From the NCBI GenBank assembly GCA_043826435.1, contig JBDRQF010000004.1, forward strand, positions 1-39,793: DNA of 39,793 bases, written 5' to 3'. The position numbers were made by a program, and so were the translations under genes. The DNA comes from Elusimicrobiota bacterium (GTDB lineage Bacteria > Elusimicrobiota > Endomicrobiia > CG1-02-37-114 > JAHJSO01). Positions 19,008 through 28,097 of the stretch are shown piece by piece. Each line of letters begins with the position of its first letter. The stretch's first letter is position 1. The notes under the pieces were generated by a model. That model made no database searches. It saw only the letters and a list, made by a program, of their open reading frames with translations, and was not told the origin of the DNA.

Positions 19008-19043
19008 TGCGCCTCACACCCTCTGCAACCTTCTACGCTATGT

Positions 19044-19071
19044 AATATAACCCGAAAACTATAATTGTCAA
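19044..19071 (-). promoter_or_regulatory. Putative sigma70 promoter for the MEDS gene
   Basis: Minus-strand TTGACA-16nt-TATATT. Confidence 0.45.
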
Positions 19072-19154
19072 GGGAATTTTGGGAAATTATTCCGCCCGGC
19101 CATGGCCGCCCGTGATTTTCCGTCAATACCCCGAGTTTTCACAGGGGGTGTGAC

Positions 19155-19243
19155 TTTTGGCACACAGTTTCTATTATCTGATTTCCCGCTTGTCAACGGT
19201 GTTTTTGGCACACAGTTTCTATTATCTGATTTCCCGCTTGTCA
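19155..19243. repeat. Tandem duplication with a 48-bp period (41 bp identical)
   Basis: TTTTGGCACACAGTTTCTATTATCTGATTTCCCGCTTGTCA at 19155-19195 and 19203-19243. Confidence 0.95.
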
Positions 19244-19319
19244 CCGGCTTTTTTTGCCTTAGTGTCCTCAAGTTAAGGTGTTAATTCACTATTAATAATT
19301 TTTTGATTTTGGGGTATGC

Positions 19320-19348
19320 TTGAAAACAAGGAAAAAATTTTGTATAAT
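19320..19348 (+). promoter_or_regulatory. Putative sigma70 promoter for otsAB
   Basis: TTGAAA-17nt-TATAAT. Confidence 0.65.
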
Positions 19349-19401
19349 TCATAACAGCCGAGTGTATTCACCCGAAAATATCAATAATTAGGAGGATCAC
19401 A

Positions 19402-21609
19402 TTGTCTACGAGATTGCTGATTATTTCTAACAGGTTGCCGTTCTCTTTAAAAATCAAGGATAAAAAAATTGAGTTCAAGGAAAGCGCCGGAGGACTGGTT
19501 ACGGGCATCAGTTCATATCTTGAATCAATGAAAAGTTCTTCTTTTACCACAATGGAACATATCTGGATAGGGTGGCCGGGCGTCGCTGTTGACCAGAAAC
19601 TTGAAGATAAAATAGAGAAAAAACTATCTTCAGACCTGAATGCATACCCCGTCTTTCTGGCGGAAGAGTGTATGGAAAATTTCTATCATGGATTTTGCAA
19701 TGACACTATCTGGCCTCTTTTTCATTGTTTCCCGACATATGTTTCTTATAATGAGGAATACTGGGCTAGCTATAAACAGGTGAACAATAGTTTTTTTGAG
19801 ACCGTCAAAAAACTGCTGAAACCAGGTGATATCGTATGGATTCACGATTACCACCTTATGCTGTTGCCTAAACTTATTCGGGAATACATGCCCGATGTCC
19901 TTATAGGATTTTTTCTTCATATACCTTTCCCGCCATATGAAATATACCGTCTTTTACCCAAGGAATGGGGGGCGCAAATCCTTGAGGGGCTTTTAGGGTG
20001 CGACCTGATTGGCTTCCATACTAATGATTATACACAGGACTACCTGCGGTGTGTATTGAGAATTCTCGGATATGAACATGACATCGGTAATATCATGGTA
20101 AACGACAGGGTTGTGCGGGTTGATACATTTCCGATGGGAATACATTTTGACAAATATCTTAAAACAGCGGAGAGCGTTGAAGTCCATGACATCAGCCGGG
20201 AACTTAAAGGGTCGCTTGGTGAGACAAAGGTTATTGTCTCTGTTGACCGCCTTGACTATACAAAAGGCATAAAAAATCGGCTTGAAGGATACGAATTATT
20301 TCTTGAAAAAAACACAGAGTGGCATAAAAAGGTAATACTTCTTTTGGTTGTGGTCCCGTCGAGAATCGGGGTAAAAAGTTATCAGCGTATGAAGCACACG
20401 ATTGATGAACTTGTAGGCAGAATTAATGGTAAATTCGGGGATGTTGCCTGGACGCCTATCCGTTATCAGTACAAATACCTGCCGATTGATCAACTGACTG
20501 CAATATATACGACGGGGGATATAGCCCTGGTTACGCCCCTGCGAGACGGGATGAATCTCGTTGCGAAAGAATATCTGGCATCCCGGTGGGATAAAACGGG
20601 GGTGTTGATATTGAGCGAGATGGCGGGGGCGGCAAAGGAATTAGGCGAGGCGATTATTATAAACCCCAATCACAAAAAAGAGATAGCGGATGCACTCTGC
20701 ACTGCACTGGAGATGCCTCCTGAGGAACAGATAGCGAGAAACACGATAATGCAGGAGCGATTGAAGAATTATAATGTAATCAGGTGGGCGGACGATTTTA
20801 TCCAGACGCTGCAGACAATGAGCAAGCACAGGAGAGAACGGGAGGCAAAATTATTGACGGTTGATGCAAGGGTGCAACTTATAAATAAATTCAGAGAAGC
20901 GACATCAAAACTTATTTTTCTTGATTATGACGGCACACTGGTGCCGTTTTATAAATCCCCGGAGGAGGCGAAACCGGACAGTGAACTCATTAATCTGCTG
21001 GGTTCTTTTTCGGAAAGCCCTAACACAAAGATTGTCCTTATATCGGGGAGGAGGCGAGATTTTCTTCAAAAGTGGTTTGGCATTCTCAACATTGAAATGG
21101 TTGCAGAACATGGTATATGGATTAAGGAACACGACGGGGACTGGAAGTTATTAAAGCAACTTAATGTTGAATGGAAAGACAAACTCCTGCCGTATTTCAA
21201 GCGGTATGTTGACAGAGTGCCGGGTTCATTTATTGAAGAGAAGGAATATTCAATAGCATGGCATTACAGGAAAGCAGACACTGAATTATCTTCTATCAGG
21301 ACAAAAGAATTTGTTGATGAATTAATTACTATTACATCAAACACAGACCTGAAAATAGTTCAGGGGAATAAAGTGGTTGAGGTCAGAAATTACGGGGTTG
21401 ATAAGGGGTCGGCGGCATCTTATTTTATCTCAAACAACAAATATGATTTTATCCTTGCAATAGGAGATGACGAAACGGACGAAGACCTGTTTAAGGCGCT
21501 CCCGCAGGACGCTGTTTCAATAAAAGTGGGCATCTCCGCTTCGTATGCAAAGTTTAATCTTAAAAATCACCTGGATGTCCGCGGGCTTATAAAAGAGATG
21601 ATAAAATAG
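19402..21609 (+). CDS. otsAB: Bifunctional trehalose-6-phosphate synthase/phosphatase
   Basis: SNRLP, SAGGLVT, WIHDYHL, FFLHIPFP, VDRLDYTKG, RDGMNLVAKEY and HAD motifs DYDGT and GDDETDED. TTG start with AGGAGG RBS. Confidence 0.96.
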   Translation: MSTRLLIISNRLPFSLKIKDKKIEFKESAGGLVTGISSYLESMKSSSFTTMEHIWIGWPGVAVDQKLEDKIEKKLSSDLNAYPVFLAEECMENFYHGFCNDTIWPLFHCFPTYVSYNEEYWASYKQVNNSFFETVKKLLKPGDIVWIHDYHLMLLPKLIREYMPDVLIGFFLHIPFPPYEIYRLLPKEWGAQILEGLLGCDLIGFHTNDYTQDYLRCVLRILGYEHDIGNIMVNDRVVRVDTFPMGIHFDKYLKTAESVEVHDISRELKGSLGETKVIVSVDRLDYTKGIKNRLEGYELFLEKNTEWHKKVILLLVVVPSRIGVKSYQRMKHTIDELVGRINGKFGDVAWTPIRYQYKYLPIDQLTAIYTTGDIALVTPLRDGMNLVAKEYLASRWDKTGVLILSEMAGAAKELGEAIIINPNHKKEIADALCTALEMPPEEQIARNTIMQERLKNYNVIRWADDFIQTLQTMSKHRREREAKLLTVDARVQLINKFREATSKLIFLDYDGTLVPFYKSPEEAKPDSELINLLGSFSESPNTKIVLISGRRRDFLQKWFGILNIEMVAEHGIWIKEHDGDWKLLKQLNVEWKDKLLPYFKRYVDRVPGSFIEEKEYSIAWHYRKADTELSSIRTKEFVDELITITSNTDLKIVQGNKVVEVRNYGVDKGSAASYFISNNKYDFILAIGDDETDEDLFKALPQDAVSIKVGISASYAKFNLKNHLDVRGLIKEMIK

Positions 21610-21649
21610 CCACGGATATAATCGGGATGTCGTATCGGGGACAATTCTT

Positions 21650-21766
21650 ATGAAAACCATCGGTTGGATTCTTATGGCGGTTGCCTGGGGGACTATCCTT
21701 TTTTTATTCGTATTTTGTTACGGCAAAATTTTCAGATGTAAATCCACAGAGGACAAAAAACCCTGA
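21650..21766 (+). CDS. 38-aa single-TM small protein
   Basis: Hand translation MKTIGWILMAVAWGTILFLFVFCYGKIFRCKSTEDKKP*, with a GGGGA RBS. Too short to appear in the ORF track. Confidence 0.6.
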   Translation: MKTIGWILMAVAWGTILFLFVFCYGKIFRCKSTEDKKP

Positions 21767-21799
21767 GCGAGGGCAAAGGCGAGGGGGCATAAAGATACC

Positions 21800-22453
21800 A
21801 TGCAGTCCTTTCAATTTTACACACGACTTTATCTGACAGAATTGTTGGGCCTAAAAACCCGAAACCTCAAAGAACTGCTGGAAGGCATAAAAACCGTTCC
21901 CGGCTCGTCCATATATCATCACACCCATAGGTTCCTTCAACAGCATCATTTTCTCTCACCTGAACCTCCCAATGATTTCGCATACTGGATAACAAACATA
22001 CTGCAGGAAAGTTACATGGGTGAGAAATTCGCATCAGTGAATATAATCCAGTTTGAATCCATCCGGCAATTAAGGGAAAAATTTATTTCCCTACTTGAAG
22101 AATATATTCTAACAATCAGGGAAACCAGAAACGCGCCAGAAGGACAGGAATTTTACTTTATGAAATCAAAAAGTTTTGTTGTCCCGACAGTGTATACGGC
22201 GCACACCCTGAAGGAATTTCATGGTATCCTTGAAAAAATAAGTATAAATTCATTGTATTTTCATATTTTTGAATCAAGACTCCGTCTGGAAAAAGGCACC
22301 AACGATTTTTCAATGTGGTTCACTTCCTCACTGAACGAAAAGGAACTTGCTGACAGGATAGCAAAACTTGACCCGTATACCCAGACACTTGACAGTTTAC
22401 GAAAAAAAATATGTAAATTGATTGAGCATAGATTAAATGACAAAAATAATTGA
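21800..22453 (+). CDS. DUF5752 family protein (two internal repeats)
   Basis: Duplicated motif SIYHH...NDFAYW / SLYFH...NDFSMW; overlaps treT. Confidence 0.8.
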   Translation: MQSFQFYTRLYLTELLGLKTRNLKELLEGIKTVPGSSIYHHTHRFLQQHHFLSPEPPNDFAYWITNILQESYMGEKFASVNIIQFESIRQLREKFISLLEEYILTIRETRNAPEGQEFYFMKSKSFVVPTVYTAHTLKEFHGILEKISINSLYFHIFESRLRLEKGTNDFSMWFTSSLNEKELADRIAKLDPYTQTLDSLRKKICKLIEHRLNDKNN

Positions 22454-23657
22454 TTACACGCCGATTGTAGGGGAATCCGTTATTGAAGAATTATTCCTGA
22501 TATCAGAGAAATTCAGGGGTAAAACAATACAGAACATCAATTCTACCTCCGTCGGAGGCGGTGTTGCGGAAATACTGAACAGGATGATTCCGCTTCTGAA
22601 TGAACTCGGGGTTGATACCCGCTGGGACCTGATAAAAGGCGGGGAAAAGTTTTTTAATATAACAAAAAAGATGCATAATGCCCTGCACGGTGTGGATGTC
22701 CATATTACCGATGAGGAGTTTGAAATTTTTCTTCAGGTTAATAGAGAAAACGCCAGTATGATAAATTTCTACGGGGATGTGATATTCATACACGACCCCC
22801 AGCCCATAGCCCTGATAGAGAAAAAGGTAGAGACAGGAAAAAAATGGTTATGGAGGTGTCATATTGATTTCTCGGAACCGACGGAACGGGTCTGGTTGTT
22901 TTTAAGGAGTTTTATAGAAAAATACGACGCATCCATTTTTTCTGCACCCGCCTTCGGCAGACAACTGTCAACACGGCAGATTCTGATTTCTCCCTCCATA
23001 GACCCTCTCAGCGACAAGAACAGGGAACTTACTGATGATGAAATCACACAGGTATTCAACAGTTTTAATATAGATATTTCAAGACCTGTGATAACGCAGA
23101 TTTCCCGCTTTGATTATCTCAAAGACCCCATAGGAGTCATAGATGCCTACAAAATTGTGAAAAAGCACATTGACTGCCAACTTGTACTTGCAGGTGGCGG
23201 CGCCACCGACGACCCTGAGGGGGAAAAGGTATTGAACGAGGTCAGAGAAAAAGCCGCGGGTGACCCGGATATATTTATTTTACTTCTGCCGCCGAACAGT
23301 GATATTGAGATAAACGCTTTGCAGCGCGGCTCAAGTTTGATATTGCAGAAGTCACTGCGTGAAGGTTTTGGCCTGACTGTCGCAGAGGCGCTCTGGAAGG
23401 GGAAACCGGTTATAGCAGGGGCTGTGGGCGGAATTCCATTGCAGATAACACATAAATACTCAGGTATCCTGACACGGACGGTTGACGGCACAGCATACTG
23501 GATAAAACAACTGTTGCAGTCGCCTGAATACGCAAAAAAACTTGGCGATACTGGCAGGGAACATATCAGAAACAATTTCCTTATAACGCGCCACATTCGT
23601 GACTACATATTGACATTCCTGTCTCTTTACCACGAAGAGGACATCGTTCGTCTTTAA
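22437..23657 (+). CDS. treT: Trehalose synthase TreT-like GT4 glycosyltransferase
   Basis: NSTSVGGGVAEIL, TKKMHNALHG, IHDPQP, WRCHID, PSIDPLSDKN, SRFD..KDP, DDPEG and REGFGLTVAEALWKG. Confidence 0.9.
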   Translation: MTKIIDYTPIVGESVIEELFLISEKFRGKTIQNINSTSVGGGVAEILNRMIPLLNELGVDTRWDLIKGGEKFFNITKKMHNALHGVDVHITDEEFEIFLQVNRENASMINFYGDVIFIHDPQPIALIEKKVETGKKWLWRCHIDFSEPTERVWLFLRSFIEKYDASIFSAPAFGRQLSTRQILISPSIDPLSDKNRELTDDEITQVFNSFNIDISRPVITQISRFDYLKDPIGVIDAYKIVKKHIDCQLVLAGGGATDDPEGEKVLNEVREKAAGDPDIFILLLPPNSDIEINALQRGSSLILQKSLREGFGLTVAEALWKGKPVIAGAVGGIPLQITHKYSGILTRTVDGTAYWIKQLLQSPEYAKKLGDTGREHIRNNFLITRHIRDYILTFLSLYHEEDIVRL

Positions 23658-23706
23658 CAACTCCACCCCTTCGCGGTTAATTGAACTGTAGATTTGATAT
23701 GACGCC

Positions 23707-23735
23707 TTGACTTTTAAAAAAATATTTTATAAAAT
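23707..23735 (+). promoter_or_regulatory. Putative sigma70 promoter giving a near-leaderless transcript
   Basis: TTGACT-17nt-TAAAAT ending 9 nt before ATG 23745; no SD sequence. Confidence 0.55.
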
Positions 23736-23744
23736 AGTCCTGCA

Positions 23745-24962
23745 ATGAACGTATACTTGTTCGTGCTTTCAACCCTCCTCGTAGCAGCCGTCCCCTGCGT
23801 TTTGCTTTACGTCAAACTCGCACAAAAAGACAAACAGCGCCTGCGTCAGATTGACCAGCTACAGAACCAACTCCAGTCATACTTTGCCAAGGTTGACAAC
23901 CTCATGATTACTCTTTCAAACATACATGAATTCAGTTTAAAAGCCACCGGGCTGACAAGCAGGGAGGAACTCGCCCAGTTCATAGTTGAATCCGCATGCA
24001 AACTGTTCAACGCAGGGAATGGTTCCGTTATGTTAATCAATCCCATACCGAATGAACTTGAAATAGTCGCAAGTAAAAACCTTTCGGCTGAGGTCGTATC
24101 GACTACCCGGCTTAAGATAGGCGAGGGGATTGCGGGCAAGGTGGCGGAAACGGGCAAACCGATTTTTGTTGAAGACATTACCGCTGACCCCAGGTTCTTC
24201 AGGGCGCCCAACGTGCAGTATGTATCCAAGTCATTCGTTTCCGTGCCGATGGAGTCGAAGGGGAAAATACTGGGCGTACTGAATATAAGCCCGTTAAAGC
24301 CGAAAGAGACGTTTGACGAAAAAAGTTTGCACCTCCTGTCCATACTTGCAGACCAGTCGGCAGTGGCATTTGACAACATCGCAATGTACAATAATCTGCA
24401 GGGTTTTTACATGGAGATGGTTGAGGCGCTGGCCAAAACGATTGACACAAAAGACTCCTACACTTACGACCATGCAGACAGGGCGAGGAAATTTGCAAGG
24501 TCAATCTGCAAGGAATTACACCTGCCCGACGGCATCATAAAACACATTGAATATGCCGCCCTCGTGCACGACATCGGAAAAATCGGCATAGACAACGGCA
24601 TACTCGGCAAGCCGGGGAAACTTACCCCTGAAGAAAGAAAATTCATTGAACAGCACCCCGTTATCGGCTCGCATATTATTGAACCGATCGCATTCCTGTC
24701 TCCCATTGCACCGATGGTCCTATACCACCAGGAGTGGTACAACGGGGGCGGTTATCCTGAAGGGCTCGTCGGAGAAGAAATACCACTGGGGGCGCGGGTT
24801 GTCTCCGTTATAGATTCCTATGACGCAATGACTTCCGACAGACCTTACAGGAAAGCGATGGTGAGGGAACAGGCGGTGGCGGAACTGCGAAGGGCAAGCG
24901 GCACGCAATTTGACCCTGCCATAGTTGAAGCGTTTATCAAGACGCTGGAAAAGGAAAAGTGA
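23745..24962 (+). CDS. Membrane-anchored GAF + HD-GYP phosphodiesterase
   Basis: N-terminal TM, GAF (GEGIAGKVA), HDIGK, QHP, YHQE..GYP and DSYDAMTSDRPYR. Confidence 0.92.
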   Translation: MNVYLFVLSTLLVAAVPCVLLYVKLAQKDKQRLRQIDQLQNQLQSYFAKVDNLMITLSNIHEFSLKATGLTSREELAQFIVESACKLFNAGNGSVMLINPIPNELEIVASKNLSAEVVSTTRLKIGEGIAGKVAETGKPIFVEDITADPRFFRAPNVQYVSKSFVSVPMESKGKILGVLNISPLKPKETFDEKSLHLLSILADQSAVAFDNIAMYNNLQGFYMEMVEALAKTIDTKDSYTYDHADRARKFARSICKELHLPDGIIKHIEYAALVHDIGKIGIDNGILGKPGKLTPEERKFIEQHPVIGSHIIEPIAFLSPIAPMVLYHQEWYNGGGYPEGLVGEEIPLGARVVSVIDSYDAMTSDRPYRKAMVREQAVAELRRASGTQFDPAIVEAFIKTLEKEK

Positions 24963-25633
24963 GCGGAAAACTCTCCCTGGTAGCAACCCCCATAGGAAAC
25001 CTCAAGGATATAACGCTTCGCGCAATTGACAAACTCAAAGAGGTTGACATAATTGCATGCGAGGATACCCGCCGGACAAAAATCCTTACGGGGACTTACG
25101 GGATTAAGAAGACGCTGGTCCCTTACCACTCATACAACTATAAGAGACAGTCCCCGTGGATAATTTCTCAGGCGCTGTCGGGCAAGAATGTGGCGGTCGT
25201 ATCGGACAGCGGGACGCCGGGTATTTCCGACCCGGGTGAACAACTGGTTCGGTCTGCGATTGAAAACAACATACAGGTGGAGTCCATACCAGGGCCGACT
25301 GCATTCGTCTCCGGGCTTGTCTGCTCCGGGTTACCCACCAACGGGTTTGTTTTTCTGGGTTTCCTGCAGAGGAAAAAAGGCAAAATTAAAAAAATGTTGA
25401 CAAACTGTATACCCCTTAAAAAGACGGTAATATTTTACGAATCCGTCCACCGGCTCACGCGGACGCTTTCGGTCTGCGGGGAGGTATTCGGTGAAACGTC
25501 TGCGTGCGTCATAGCGCGGGAAATAACAAAAAAATTTGAAGAATACATAAGGGGCACAATTCCGGAAGTGATGAAAGAACTAAACAGGAAAGAAAAACTG
25601 AAAGGGGAATTTGTCGTCCTGTTACACCAATGA
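24959..25633 (+). CDS. rsmI: 16S rRNA C1402 2'-O-methyltransferase
   Basis: VATPIGNLKDITLRA, ACEDTR, VSDSGTPGISDPG and REITKKFEE. Confidence 0.96.
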   Translation: MSGKLSLVATPIGNLKDITLRAIDKLKEVDIIACEDTRRTKILTGTYGIKKTLVPYHSYNYKRQSPWIISQALSGKNVAVVSDSGTPGISDPGEQLVRSAIENNIQVESIPGPTAFVSGLVCSGLPTNGFVFLGFLQRKKGKIKKMLTNCIPLKKTVIFYESVHRLTRTLSVCGEVFGETSACVIAREITKKFEEYIRGTIPEVMKELNRKEKLKGEFVVLLHQ

Positions 25634-26730
25634 TAAAAACAGCGATTATAGGCGTGTCCGGGTATGCGGGCGAAGAACTCCTGAAGATTCTGTCGTCTCA
25701 CAGGGGTACGGAAATCGTTTACCTTGGCGATAAACAGGAATGCGACGAGACAAGAATAACCTGTAACGGCAGGGAACACCCCTGCTATAAATATAACCCC
25801 GATACGGATATCCTGTCAACTGGTTTAAAATCAGCGGAGGTGGTATTCCTGGCGCTGCCCCATGGCGTTTCAATGGACATCGTCCCGCAATTAGCGTCTG
25901 CAAAAAAAAGGGTAATTGATTTGTCGGCTGACTACCGTATAAAGGACGCCGGGTTGTATGAAAAATGGTATAAACAGAAACATAAATACCCCTCACTGTT
26001 AAAAGAGGCGGTTTACGGCCTCCCTGAATTATACAGGGAAAAAATCCGCAAGGCATCTTTGGTCGCCAACCCGGGATGCTATCCCACAAGCATAATCCTT
26101 GCAATCGCCCCTCTCCTGAAGAATGGTCTTATAAAGATCTTCCCGGAAGTTTCACCGGTAATAGTTGACTCAAAAAGCGGGATATCCGGAGGGGGAAGAA
26201 ATTTTGTCCGGGAGTACCTTTCAAAAAAAACCGACGACACGTACGCATACCAGTCGGGCGGGAAACACAGGCACATCCCCGAGGTGGAACAGGAACTTTC
26301 TTTAATCGCCGGGGAACAAATTCACATCCAATTTACCCCGCACATAGTCCCGCAGGAAAGGGGTATGTTTTCAACGGTCTATGTTCATCTGAAAAAAAAT
26401 ACCAGCACGGTTGAAATTATACGGGACTATTCTACATTTTACAGGAACGAACCGTTCGTCCGGGTCCTGCCGGAAAATGAACTCCCGAAGACCTCTCGCG
26501 TGGTCAACACAAACCTGTGTGAAATCGGTTTTGCAGTTGACTCGCATTATGATACGCACGGACGTTTAACGCCTCTTACGGTAATGTCCGCCATTGACAA
26601 TCTTGTTAAGGGGGCAAGCGGGCAGGCAGTTCAAAACATGAACATAATGTACGGATTGGACGAGCGTGACGGCCTCGGGGACGTATGCCCCGGGGGCGCG
26701 GCACCCGGGGTCGCGTCTATTGACAATTAG
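25630..26730 (+). CDS. argC: N-acetyl-gamma-glutamyl-phosphate reductase
   Basis: GVSGYAG, FLALPHG, IDLSADYR, ANPGCYPT, HRHIPE and IDNLVKGASGQA. Confidence 0.97.
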   Translation: MIKTAIIGVSGYAGEELLKILSSHRGTEIVYLGDKQECDETRITCNGREHPCYKYNPDTDILSTGLKSAEVVFLALPHGVSMDIVPQLASAKKRVIDLSADYRIKDAGLYEKWYKQKHKYPSLLKEAVYGLPELYREKIRKASLVANPGCYPTSIILAIAPLLKNGLIKIFPEVSPVIVDSKSGISGGGRNFVREYLSKKTDDTYAYQSGGKHRHIPEVEQELSLIAGEQIHIQFTPHIVPQERGMFSTVYVHLKKNTSTVEIIRDYSTFYRNEPFVRVLPENELPKTSRVVNTNLCEIGFAVDSHYDTHGRLTPLTVMSAIDNLVKGASGQAVQNMNIMYGLDERDGLGDVCPGGAAPGVASIDN

Positions 26731-26748
26731 CAAATAAATTTCTATAAT
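26720..26748 (+). promoter_or_regulatory. Consensus sigma70 promoter
   Basis: TTGACA-17nt-TATAAT, a perfect match overlapping the argC stop. Confidence 0.8.
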
Positions 26749-26767
26749 GTCAGATAAGGAAACGGAC

Positions 26768-26839
26768 ATGATCGTGTATTTGCATGTCCACATCCGTGCG
26801 TTGAATATTGTGCCGGCGTTTAGGTTAGTCCGTTTATGA
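26768..26839 (+). CDS. Putative 23-aa leader ORF coupled to the downstream gene
   Basis: TAAGGA SD 7 nt upstream; MIVYLHVHIRALNIVPAFRLVRL*; its stop overlaps ATG 26836 (ATGA). Confidence 0.4.
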   Translation: MIVYLHVHIRALNIVPAFRLVRL

Positions 26840-27897
26840 AAAGATCAGAGAAGGAAATAATACAGCACTTTTTTAGCATCGCCAAAACAATTTCGTCAAT
26901 ACTTGACGTGGACACGCTGTTGCGTCATATCGGCGAAGTGGCCGAACAACTCACCGATTCAGAAGCGAGTTCCATAATGCTCCTTGACGACGACAAGATG
27001 AATCTGTATTTCAAGGTGGCGACCGGTGAAAAAGGGAACGTGATCAAGAAATTAAAAATCCGGGTAGGGCAGGGGATCGCCGGCAGCGTGGCACAGACAA
27101 AACAATCTCTCACCATTAACGACGTATCAAAGGACTCCAGGTTTAACGTTTCTTTTGACGAATCGTCCGGATTCATTACAAAATCCATACTCGCTGTCCC
27201 TATAACGCTTGGCGATGAACTCATCGGCGTCGCCGAAGTGCTTAACAAGAAGGGCGGAGAAGATTTCACGGAAGAAGACAGGACAATACTTGAAGGGCTC
27301 GCAAGTTTGGCGAGTGTAAGCATCGGTAATGCAAAATTAGCCGAAGACCAGAAAAACTTTTTCGTATATATAATAGAGATAATCGTCCAGGCGATTGAAG
27401 GCCGCGACCCAAAACGCACCGGTCACACATGGAGGGTGGCTCAGATCTCAACTGCGATCGGCAAGTCCCTCGGTCTGGAAGGACAGGACTACAAGGACTT
27501 ATACTACGGCGCCCTCCTGCACGACATCGGGTATCTTACTGCTACCGGCCCGGGCTCATCCGAGGACATTTTTTCATTCATACAGAAAAGCGACGAAAAG
27601 ATGAATCCTACCAGGGGATGGGAAATGGTCCGGAAGATAAACATACTGAGGGGGGCGGCGCCCCTCGTTTTGTATCACCAGGAACACTACGACGGGAGCG
27701 GGTATCCCGAGGGTTTAAAGGGTGACGGTATCCCGCTTGGCGCCCAGATAATCGCCTTTGCGGAATTCCTGGACGAGTTAAAGATGCAGGGTTACACCCC
27801 GGACAAGATAACGGAAATGGCGCGGGAAGAATCCGGAAAAAAACTGAACCCCAAAATCGTTGATACCTATTTACAGGAAATGGCAGCAACTTCTTGA
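26836..27897 (+). CDS. GAF + degenerate HD-GYP domain protein
   Basis: GAF with LNK...FTEED; HDIG and GYP are kept; HP is NP, the terminal Asp motif reads AEFLD, and RPY is missing. Confidence 0.88.
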   Translation: MKRSEKEIIQHFFSIAKTISSILDVDTLLRHIGEVAEQLTDSEASSIMLLDDDKMNLYFKVATGEKGNVIKKLKIRVGQGIAGSVAQTKQSLTINDVSKDSRFNVSFDESSGFITKSILAVPITLGDELIGVAEVLNKKGGEDFTEEDRTILEGLASLASVSIGNAKLAEDQKNFFVYIIEIIVQAIEGRDPKRTGHTWRVAQISTAIGKSLGLEGQDYKDLYYGALLHDIGYLTATGPGSSEDIFSFIQKSDEKMNPTRGWEMVRKINILRGAAPLVLYHQEHYDGSGYPEGLKGDGIPLGAQIIAFAEFLDELKMQGYTPDKITEMAREESGKKLNPKIVDTYLQEMAATS

Positions 27898-27948
27898 ACG
27901 AACACCTTGTGCAATATCTAAACATGGGCAGTGCGAATATACCTGTTG

Positions 27949-28093
27949 TAGTGTCCCATAAATCTCTTGGCATTTTAATATTCATTGAATCGTCATTGCG
28001 AGTGACCGAAAGGAGCGTGGCAATCCCGAGATTGCTTCGTCGCTAACGCTTCTCGCAATGACAACCAAATGTAAAGAACTGTTAGGGACAGCA
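27949..28093. mobile_element. MITE-like element with degenerate TIRs, carrying a full REP/RPE palindrome
   Basis: TAGTGTCCCATAAATCTCTTGGCATTT versus AAATGTAAAGAACTGTTAGGGACAGCA, about 18/27 complementary. Confidence 0.5.
27991..28062. repeat. REP/RPE-like (CGTC-tagged) palindrome, copy 3, complete
   Basis: C-GTCATTGCGAG...GCAATC-CC-GAGATTGC...CTCGCAATGAC, with a perfect 11-bp outer stem. Confidence 0.9.
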
Positions 28094-28097
28094 CACT

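Noticed and set aside
19158..19172. Sigma54 promoter (TGGCAC...)
   Set aside because: The -12 element reads TTCT rather than TTGC.
19155..19243. Possible CRISPR array
   Set aside because: Only two copies separated by 7 nt, with no spacers and no cas genes.
19068..19284. Short ORFs on both strands over the tandem repeat
   Set aside because: They are by-products of the in-frame 48-bp duplication, with no RBS or recognisable domain.
26688..26710. GC hairpin CCCCGGG..CCCGGGG as a terminator
   Set aside because: It lies inside the argC tail and has no U-tract.
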